Shown here: one piece after another, positions 28,836 through 40,800 of the stretch
How the letters are laid out: the number at the start of each line of letters is the position of its first letter
Numbering within the stretch: the stretch's first letter is position 1
Source of the DNA: a virus
Lineage: Duplodnaviria > Caudoviricetes
DNA length: 64,000 nucleotides
Direction: 5' to 3' (one strand)
Virus record (IMG/VR): IMGVR_UViG_3300032265_002598
Coordinates: 32,001 to 96,000 of that record
Notes under the pieces: generated by a model
Told to the model about the DNA's origin: nothing
The model's database searches: none
What the model saw: only the letters and a program-made list of their open reading frames with translations
Program-made: the position numbers and the translations under genes

Positions 28836-31800
28836 GCATAGTTAGAGTAGAAGAAGAAATACAACCACTTAAATATCTGGTTATAACACATGAAGTAGAC
28901 CCAGAAACTGTTATTACTACTAATGTAATTATAACAGACAATAGATTAAATAAAATAAATCTTCTAGCTATTGAGAGAGGAACACAAGGAAATACAGGTC
29001 CGACTGGTCCAAAAGGTGATCCTGGTAAAGATGGTTTAATATTCGATAAATTGCCTATTTCTAGTGGCGGAACTAATAATACTTCTTTTTCCAGTGGTAA
29101 TATAATTTACTATGATGGTAATAAATTATCTAGCTCTAACTATAGTGTTCAAAATATTTTAGATTCTGCTGGAGCAAATGCTTCTGTTACCGGAGTGATC
29201 AATGGTCTTGGACTATATAGAGATATTGCTGGAAAAACAGTTACTCTCGGAATTAATCCTGGTGAAGGTTTATTAATTAATGATGCTAATCAAATCGCAG
29301 TAGATGATACTATTGTTCGTCGTGTAGAACTAGATTTGGGTGGTATTCAAGGAATGGTTCCAATCAGCAAAGGTGGAACTAACAACTCAAGTTTTACTGG
29401 TAATAGACTACTATACTATGATGGTCTTAAAATTTCATCATTTCCGCTCAATACTGGAACTATACTTCTTAGCGGAACAAAAATCAATATAGTAGCAGGA
29501 TCTGGTCTTACTGGAGGAGGAGATCTTACTTTGCCTAATGGGTCGGTAGTTCTCAATATTACCGGATCAGAAGATATTCTAGTTACTAATGATTCTATTT
29601 CTTTATCCCCTACTGGGGTTCCAGGAACCTATAGTAAAGTTACAACAGACTCAAGAGGAAGAGTAGTTTCTGGGAGCAGTCTTAGTTCTGCTGATATATT
29701 AGCTATATTAGGATATACTCCTTGGCATCCTGGTAATGATGGCTCTGGTTCTGGTCTTGATGCTGACCTATTAGATGGTTTTAGTTCATCTGTATTCTTT
29801 GATCTAAGTACTCATACTGGAACAATAGGTAATACTAACTTACCAATTCAAACTACTGCCGGAACATATACTAAGATTCAAGTCAATGATCGCGGTATAG
29901 TTATTAATGGACAAAATAATACATACAATGATATTGTACAAGCACTAGGGTATCGTCCAGTATCAATTTCTGGAGATACTATTTATGGTCCTATTACCAT
30001 TAATGGAGACGTTAATCTTAATAGTGATAATTTAATAGTCAAAGATAATATTCCAGTTTTTGGAACAAATTCTTCTTCTATTCTTCCTAGCGAACCAAGA
30101 GGATTTAGTTTCATTTATGGCGGAGCAACCCAAAGAACTGGTATTCTAGCTTACTATCCAGCACAACAAGAACTCAGACTAGTAACGAATATCACAGCTG
30201 ATCCTGCTAATGTCAATGGAGGCACATCTACTAATGCTTTTGCAGATGATATAAATGGAGGAGACCAAAATGCTGTTTATCTGATGGGAAATTTAAATGG
30301 TGATCCAAATATTGTTTTGTTTAGAGGAATAGCTGATAATATTTATATTAGTCGTCTCAATCCTCAAGTTGTTAGTGGATTAAAGAGATTTGCTGATGGA
30401 ATTAGTGTTAACGGACAGGTATCTATTATTTCTAATGCTACACAGGGCGATCCTCCATTAAATATTGGTGGCAATAACAATATGGTAGTAAATCTTAATT
30501 CTGATTTATTACATGGTCACCCAGGAACATATTATACAGAAGCGTTTAATATGACTGGATTATTTGATTATCGCAAAGTAGAATTTAATAGTCTAGAGGG
30601 GGATCTAGGATATATTCCTAGATTTGATGAAAGAACTAGAGATCCTAGTCGTACTATTAGTAATTCATATATTCGTCAAACTGGTAATGTTATTCAAGTT
30701 ACCTCAGATGCTAATGTCTCAATAGGTTCCACAAATACCGGATTGACTGATGCTAATAGATCTCTTCTTGTTGGAGCCAATAATAAGACCTATTCTGATA
30801 ACGGATTAGCAGTAGGTAGTTATAATATTGTTTCTGGCAATAATAGTGTGGCTTTGAATGTTGGATCAAAAGCACTAAATTCAAGCTCTATAGCTGCTGG
30901 TAATTATGGATACACATGGGCAAATAATCAGTTTAGTTTTGGAGCATTTTCTGAAACAGACACAGCAAACAATGCTTCAGCACAAGGACAATTCTCCACT
31001 ATAGCTCTTTATCTTAATGGAACAGAAACAAATGGCTCATGGTATACTATGAGTCCTCCAATATCTATACCTAAAAATAAAACAATAGCATATAATCTAG
31101 AAATTCTTTTAAATAAGGCTGCCGGAACAGGAGCAGCTCTTTTTTCTTTTTCTAGTGGTATTATTAAAAATAGTACTTTTAGAGATCCAAATAATATCAC
31201 TTCAATCATAAATATGACCTCTGTATTAAAAGATAGTACAAAGCAAGAGATATATAATGATTCCCAACAAAGAACACATTATTTTCATTACAAATTAGAC
31301 AATGACACAGAGATACAGAATGTTAAGGTTTCTAATCCTCCTCTACAAACACTACCAGTATTAGCTCAAAACACAGAATCTTTGTACAAGTATACGCCAG
31401 AATATTTAAGCTTGTCAGGGAATTATGTAAAAACAAACTCTGGCAATGTATTATTGTCTCTGCAAAAACCTCTTTCTAATGGTTGGTTTTATCAAAATAT
31501 TAATAATCCAAATCTTTTTATAAGATCATATAATCATGCACTAGTAACTGGTTGTGCGGTTAATTTAAATATGTTAACTGGTAGTATACGAAGACCATTA
31601 ACTAAACCATATACTGTTCTTAATATTATAGATAAACACAATTTTACAGTTGCCGAACATTCGTGGAAAGGTTATTTTCTAACTAATAATTTTTTTGTTT
31701 TAGACCCAAAAGAAGTTGCAGAAACTGATCAGATTAATTTGGTTAAAATATCTGGTAATATTTATACTGGTGGAAATACATTATCTTATACAACTACTAA

Positions 31801-34800
31801 TCCAATAGGTTCTATTTTTTCTGGTATGTTAGTTTCTTTTGGCCCAGATCCAGAAACCTATCCTGATAGCTTGGCTCAGACAGGTAAGATTATTAGTGTG
31901 ACTAGTGATACTATTACGTTTACTCCCAATTTTACTGGCATTTATGATGGCTTTTCAATTTATGGTCCAGGATTTTGTAAGATCACCAATCATAGTCGTT
32001 ATGTATTTGATAGTAGTCCAACTGTTCAGTTTAATTTAGGATCATATGGCTATGAGTCAGTACAGAATATTAGTGGAAGTATTGATACTATATATTGTGG
32101 ATATCCAACTATTGGCCTCTTCGTTAATGGATTGACTGCAAATTTTAGTGGTCAGCAAGCAATTATTAGTCCAGCTAGTATAAATTCTGGCACACTCTCT
32201 CTGATTCCTAGAAGAAATTATGTAGCCACATATAATAGACAAGAAACAAATTTTCATAAATATGAAGCCATATATACTCAGTATGTATCAAGTAATGGGT
32301 CTAGTAAAATTTCATTATTTGATAAAAATTTAGAAGCTATAGAATTACCCTCCACTCCATTTGTCTATTCTTTAGTTTGCGGACAAGGGAGTGATGATAA
32401 CTCTTCTTTTAGTATACAAAATGACAGACTAATATCTTCAGAATCTTTTGATTATGAGACTAAATCTTCTTACAAGATTAGAATAAGAAGTACAGATATG
32501 TCTGGTAGAAATAAAGAGAAATCTTTTACTATTAGTATTGGTGATATTACAGGTGCTGCATTTGATAATATTCATCTAAATGCTCCTAATGATTATTCTT
32601 TTAATTTAACAGACATAGTGCTTTCAAATAGTATAATTTCAGAAAACTCCCCAGTAGGAACAACTATTGGCAAAATCACTACTCTAGGTGGATATTCGCC
32701 TTATTTAGAATTTGCCACAGCATCCAATAGTTTTAGCGGAGTATTAGTTAGTGGAAGTAATATAATAAGTGAGTGTAATCCATTTTATAAAATATACTCT
32801 AATACTAATCCTTTACGAAATGCCTCTGTGTATGGAACACCTTATACTTTAATTACTGGTTTAACTATACACACTTCCCATACCGGCTTACTCTCTGCTA
32901 ATATCTCTGGTATTGCAGAATCTATTGCTGTTAATGGTTTTACTCAAACTAGTGGATATATTATTAGTGGTTGTTCACCATCTATAATTGGTTCTATTTT
33001 TTCTGGTATGAAATTATATTCTAATACATCTGGTTGGAACCCTGAATCTCGTGTACAAAGTATAACTTCTAATTCTATTACTCTTAATCTACCATTCACT
33101 GGAACACAGATCAGTCCAATCTCAATATCTGTTTCTACTCTTGGCAGAAGTTTTATTCTAGATGTCCCTTTCACTAATAGCGGTGTTGTTAATACTTTAG
33201 TCACATATAGCGGCATAATACCAAATACTAAAAACTATTATCCATCAGGTCTACAATATTTTTCTACTACAGAACAGTCTGGTTATTGTCCTGTTGACGT
33301 AACTAAATCTTATGTCTATGGTTTTTCAACACAGGCTGATCAGTACACGGTATCTCCTGGCTATTATTTAACTGGTCTTGTTTATTTTTATTCAAATACG
33401 GGCACTAGTCAAATTTCTGTAAATTTACCAGAAAATCTTTATTTAGAAGCAGACGAACCCAGCACATTCCTTAATTTTATTAGTTCTAATACTGGATCTA
33501 TTCCACTAGATGATAACTATACTAATCTTAGTGATCTGATAGAAACTGGATTTTCAGTCCAAAATGCTCATTTATATCCTAACGGTAATCCAAATTCCAC
33601 TGGTACAGTATTGGTTAGTATAGATAGAAACCATGGATTTAAAATAATAGACTCAAAAATACTAAATCAGATACCTGTTCAATTTGTTGATGCTCCATTC
33701 AATAACGCCAATAGAATTCCTAAAAATAATCTATTTGATATCTTAGGTATTAATGGTAATAAAATAACAATAAAAGATTCTCAAAACTATTTATTAACAG
33801 AAACTAATAAACCAAAATATTTTGAAAAATCTATCGAAGGTAGATATCGTATTGCTAATATCTTTAATTTTAGTGGAACAATATTTCATAATTATAATCG
33901 AATATTTAATATTGATAAGGCAGACATTACTTCTTATCTAAAGAAAAATAGTGTCATAGGAACAAATTCATCTTTATCTTATAATTCAAATCATATATTT
34001 CCAATTTCTATAACTAGAATAGATGAACCATTTAATTTTGGAACTAAGATTGTTCCAGGATCAAATATTGTAAAATACTGTGGAGAATCATTATGGCAAA
34101 CAAAAATATTCTCTGGGGTCAATTTATACTCCACAGATCCTTTAATTGGTAGTAATGGTTCTACAATAATTGATCATTTTATTAATCCAACATTAAGATC
34201 TGTATCATTAGATAAAACAAATTTTGAAGATCCACAACTATCTTATGATTTTTCTGCATCTTCTACTCCAAATACTGGCACAGACTATACTAAAAATTAT
34301 ATTGTTAGTGGTTGTAATGATGGATTTTTGAGTCTGTCTGGATATTGTTATTTTTATACTGTTAGCGGAGTAGGTTCCTATCCTAAAACCATTAACTTTG
34401 GTCCTTCTATTGGTGGTTTCACAGAGAACAGTGGATACGTTATTAGTGGCTGTTCACCATCTCCAATTAGTTCTCTTTCTGTTGGTATGAAGTTATATTC
34501 TACTACTTCTGGATGGAACCCAGATTCTATTGTACAAAGTTTAACCTCAGATTCTATTACTCTAGATTTACCTTTTACAGGAACACAGACTAGTCCAATT
34601 CCAATTGTAGTTACAGATATTAATAGAATTGCTTATGAAACACTATCCATGAATCCGAGCCAAGCTACTATTAAACGAATAAGTCCTAGTAGCAGTACAA
34701 ATACAGCTTTTAATACTACTTCATTATTACCAGCAAGCGTAGCAACTATTCATAACGGATCTATTTTAAATAGTATTCCTCCATACCCATTTTCAATAGA

Positions 34801-37800
34801 GAATACAAAGCCCTATGCTTCTGGAATGAAAATACCAGTTAGTATTAATATTCCTGTCAATTATCAAGATATATTAGAAATCAAAGCAACATCTGGGTCA
34901 GTTACTCATGTTGTGCCATCTCTTAATTCTAGTAATCAAATAATTTATACAACAGGTATTTATCCAATATATAACTTTTTTGACTTAAAAAATATCCAAG
35001 CTACCGGTATTATTCCTGATAAGTCCCTTGTCTTAGAAACCAACACCCCAAATCTTTACAATGCAGAAACTAGTTTGGTAGTTAATATTAAACCTAAAAT
35101 TTTTCTTAATAATAAAATATGTATAACAAATGGATATAATGGTCTTAGAAAAACTAATTCATATTTTTCTAATGGAGACTCTATTTATATAGATAATTTA
35201 TCTTTACCCAGAAGCTATTTAAATCCGGATGATCAACTAACTATTCTTAGCTATAATGGCAATAGTTCTTTTGGTTCCGGAGTAAGTAGAAATATAAGAA
35301 TTACAAATTCTAATCCAAGAGATACTGCTTTCAGTGGGGTTCCAGCAAATGGGAATAACAGTATTATATTAAATAAATATGGATCACCATGGTATAATCA
35401 GTATAGATTTACAAATCCGCTAGGTCTCACTTTGGACCAACAAATACAGCCAACAGGATATATATCATTTGTTGGTTCTGTTTCTGGGAATTGTAGTATC
35501 CCCTTTAATAATAACATATACTACCATTCACATGGTGGTTTTACAGCATCTTGGCCAAGAGATCCTTCTGGAACGAACGTACCTGCTCCACAGACGGGAA
35601 TATATACCATAGGAGTTCATAGTCAAAATTGTTCTTCTGGTACTCTATGCGTTAGAGTTGCAGTATATAATGATAATCAATTCCGTAATATACCAGATAT
35701 AGTTAATCGTCAAGATATTGGTAAACAATCGAATGTTACCAATACATCTAATGGTAGTGGCTATCTTAGACCATGGGGAGTTAACAAGAAATTCTATTTT
35801 GATTTTAGCGATGATACTCCAGAGCTTAATGGTAGCTATTATATTGCTGATAGTTTAGACTCAAATAATTTTACTCTTAATATGCCTTTTAATGCTGATT
35901 ATCTTGGTCGTAGTGGTTTAGTTTATATTATAGATAGCGATTATAATATTAAATCTAATAGAAATCCTAATATAGATAATGTTTTTCAAATATCTCAAGG
36001 AAATATTAATATAGGAACTAACTTAGTAGATTACTATATTAATTCATACAATGATCAGTCTCACAGATGGAAGCATTTGATCCATTTCAATAAAGATATT
36101 AATAATTTTGGAGGATATAGCGGCACTATACATTATGGACAAGCTGGCACACAATTGATATCCTTGCCTCCAGACCTTCTTAAGATTTCTCAAATTGAAT
36201 ATATGTTTAATGATGAGTCAGCATATAAAACTGTAACAGACAATAATGTCACTATTCCTTCTACTAAAAATCAAATTTATTTTAAATTTACAGTATCAAA
36301 TGGTGCTGGTAAATGGTCAGATAATCTACTCCGATCTGCTCCACGAATTAATATCTATGGATTTGGCTCATATAATATAGATTTTTCTAATATAATATAT
36401 ACTAATTCTACAAGACAATGGATGATTCCAGTAGTTATATCCGATGTAACACAGTATGTTAATAATAAAAAAATTACTATAACAGTAAATGATGAGAGTG
36501 GTACAGATTCTACGGATATATTTTTGACAACTAAAATATTGCCAAAAATAGGAAATGCCGGAACAACTTATGTATATAAAAATAGTTCTATTAATTGGAT
36601 ATTACCATTTGATATTAAAAATCTCTCATCAGATAGCCAAACCTATACCCTTTCAGTTGATAATTATCCAGGTTCTTATTACAATATTATTGATGAAGAA
36701 CTACTATATGCTTCTGGCACAAAAATAGTAGTTGGTTCTGCTGGCGCAAATACTGGTATATTTAATCCAATATTAAAAATTAGAGATTATGTAACATCTG
36801 AAATTTTAGCATCACAAAGTGGGACAGTAGTAGTTCTGGATTCTTCTCAATCTAAACCTATATACTCTATCAATCCGCAAGGCCTTGATAATGATATTTA
36901 TATTGATATTACAAATGCTAATGATGTAGCATCTTTTTCTTTCTTTATTCCAGCTGTTCTTGATTCTCAAAGTAATCCTGTTGTTAGCTTTACTAATACT
37001 TCTTCTTTATCTATCAGTTCTAGTATAGAATATAGTACTAGTTCTCAAAGATACAGAGTTACAGCATTAGTTAGTGGATTAGCAGGATACTATCCTTCTA
37101 TTAATGCTAATATTGCAATATCTCAACCAGTAATACAGAGTGATGACAGTATTAATTGGGTAAGATATACAAAAAATCAAGCATTCAATCTTACTTTATA
37201 CAAAAGAATATCGATTAACAAAACAGAACTTATAGAACCATTAGTTTATGACCCAGCAGGGCCTTGGGCTTTACAGTTCAAAATACAAAATGGTATAGGT
37301 TCTCATCGCAGTGATCTTCCTCCTAAAGTTAGATTATCTAATTTACCAACAATAGGAAATTATTCATCACAACCACTAGAGTATCTTCTTTTTACAAAAT
37401 ATGATGAGATTAATCATTTGTGGTTAGTGTCTGTTGATGGGAAAAAAGATATTTTTGGTAAAGAAACAGAGGTTTTAGGGTTTAGAGATATTCAAGTTTA
37501 CGCAGAAGATGGGGTGTCTAGCAGCACAAGCATCATTAGATTATTCTTTACAAAACAGCAATATTTAGATAATATCAAATCTATTATCTATGCAACACCT
37601 AATAATAGTTATCAATCTAATTTAGATATTAAACAAGCCCCGCCTCCACCAGAAGATCTCCCACAGGTCGCTGTAGCTGCCTCACCTCTTACAGAAAATA
37701 CTGTACAATTAACAAGGTCGTATGCTAAATATGATAAAGACTTATCTCTATGGGAATATGCGTATTCCGGTGCTCCATTAACTGCTAAATGGGATGCTTC

Positions 37801-40800
37801 TATTGATATTACTAATCAAAATACTTCATTAGGAGATAGTAGTTATTCTAGTCTATTAGTTAAATGCAAAGGTATTGCTACGGATAAAATTTATGGAGTT
37901 GGTAAACTTAGTTTAGTTGAATTAGATTCCTCATATTTAGCTAGTATTGGAGGCACAACAGTACCATTTCAGATAGTAGATATTCAAGATCCATATGAGG
38001 CCAAAGAAGGCTTTCCTTGGGAAGTGTCTTTTGGCACTATAGGAGGATTAGAGAATCCTAATTATCCTCCAACAATCTTATTATCTGGGTTTCCATCTTC
38101 ATGTTCAGGATATAATCCTAAAATTTCGATAGAAGATCAGGCAGCATGTTTTATTGGCAGAGCTTGGAATCCGGCAAAGAAAAAATGGACTTTCAGTTTT
38201 AGCGGACTTCCACTGTGTAATATCTCAGGCGCTAAACCAATTATTATTACTGCTATTGATACTGATACTACACAAAACTTATATTTGAGTTCAGATAAAG
38301 CACAAGCTATTATTTTATACAAATCATTAATAGAACAAGGCATAAGCCACCCTGGACCTACCATTAAAACAATGCAGGGCTCATCAGATAATATCGAATT
38401 ATCTCCACTATGTGGTCAAGCTCCAATTGATAGCTATTGGCAATTTTATACTAATACAAGAGCCCAATGCCCAGAAGCAACTGGAATATCAGGATGGATT
38501 GTTAGTGGCTCGTTACCTTCTGGTCTTCATTACACAGTATCATTCCCTGGAGGTACTCCAGTCTCTCCATATGATAATCTAGGTACTGGAACTTTAAGAA
38601 TATATGGGGAACCTCTAACATTTGCTAGTGGTGGTTCATATCCAGATATTTTCTTATTCAAAGTTGTTGATGCTAGAAATAAATATGCTATTAAAGAGAT
38701 AAAATTTACAGATATTTCTACAGCTAATCCAGCTTCTCCAATTAATTTGACAGTTTATTTTGATGGTACTAAACCAGCTTATACTCCAAGAGGCAATGAT
38801 ATAGGACAAGTTCAACAACCTTCCGGTACCAATCCGATAGACGCTGATGGTCAGCAAAATTACTGGCCGCCAGCTATATCAGACGCTCTAACATGTACCA
38901 GTATTTTACCTCATTCTAATTGCCAGACTTCTTCATTTAGCTATAGTGGAGGAAATTTTGCAGCAGGGGACTCTAATGTATATATTAATAATATTACCAA
39001 TACTAAACTAACTAATACTGTTGGTAGTCTACTATATATTGAATTCGATAATAATCCTTCTAATACTTTTAACAGTGCTTATATACTAAAACAAAGTGGA
39101 ATCCCCAGCATTAAATATATAACAATTCCAGGCCACAATTTTACCGTAGGATCTGGTAGATTTGTTCAGTCTGCTATTAAAGCAATAAATACTTCTAATT
39201 TAAATAATTTCAAAGGAACTGTAGATTCTAGTAGTAGTAAATCAATACTTGGTTGTGGCATAATTAAGCCTAGAAGCATATATGACCCTAACAATTATGG
39301 TTTATTTGGAAGAATGAGACCTTCATATTCTGCATCTTTACCGGTATCTGGATCTTTTCGTAATGATGATATCTTCTTTACTGGACTTAATATTTCTACT
39401 ATATCAGATTATAGTAGTTATCCTTCGGTATATACTATGAAAACTTCTAATTGTTGGGAAACTGGATATCTTAGAATTAGTGGTATTAGCGTTCCAAAAC
39501 CATCAGTAGAATTAACAAACCCTCCCCCAGCAGATACATTTGCTCCATTTTCATACAATAACCAAGCATATGCTGTTTTAAGTCGTTGCACATATGGTTC
39601 TTCTCAATACGAAAAAGATAAATCAGAAAATTATAGATCAACATCGATTAATTATTTTATTAAACATTGTGTTTCTGGAACTGTATTAAATAGTGGGTCT
39701 GTATCTAGTTTAGGTGCTGGCTCTAGTACTGGAGATACTATTCAATTCAATTATATTTTTAATTCTGGCGCTGTTCTTTCTATGTTTATAAATAAAGCAT
39801 CTGATAAATTTCCAACTTATAAATATAATGCTATGCCATATGCAGAAAATGAATATTTTTGGGTTCATAAAGGAGGAAATAGAGATGACAATCCTACTCA
39901 ATTAAGCTTTCCTCCGATTATTATTACTGGTATTAAAAATAGTATTAGCTGCATGAGCGGATCACCAATATCTGGATATAGTATTAGAGCAGTAGGTGGT
40001 TATATTCCATTTAGTGGAGGCAGTCAAAAAATACCTTTCTATCAATTATCAGATGGTACTGCTTGGGACTTGGTTGACTATCCTCCATTATTTACTGGTG
40101 TATTACAGAAAAAACTTAATGAGAAAATATTAACTGGAACATATCAACATTCTGGATTCTTTGGTGGAACTGACGGTCAAAAACTTAATATTTCTTTACC
40201 ATCTAATGCTAGTTCTATTTTCAAATCCACTGATTCTGTTTTAATAAATTTTAGTGGAGATAATATATCATTTACTACTGGAATGATTTTAAACGATAGC
40301 TATAACAGCACAATGACCTTGCCTTATGTATATAATGGAACATCTACAGTTGGAACAGTAACAATATACGATAAATGCTATATTCAATCAATAGATAGTA
40401 CATCAATACTTTTACATCATAATAATATTCCTTATAAAACAGGAGATTATATAGATATATCAGATAGTGGTTCTCTATCTACAGAGAACAATAATCTATT
40501 ACCATATAATTATAAGCTATCTATAATTTCTGGAGATAATAGCTCTATAACAGCATCTTTCAATGGACCTAGCAGTTATTCTTTTGCTGCTGGATTTAAT
40601 GTTAGCGGTTTTTATGATATTAAGAAAAATGAGTATAATCAAATCAAATTAAACAATATTCTATATAATAAAAAGGGAGAATGGAGATTTGGATTAAGTG
40701 GTACTCCAACAGGCCTATATAAAGACTATAAATATAAAATATTTTCTATGGAGAACAGTGGATTACCAGCATTCTCCGGTACTTCTTTAATTCCTAAAAA

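Noticed and set aside
32934-34606. Duplicated segment as a DGR TR/VR pair
   Set aside because: Both copies are in-frame coding and the differences involve all bases, not only adenines; an ordinary domain duplication.
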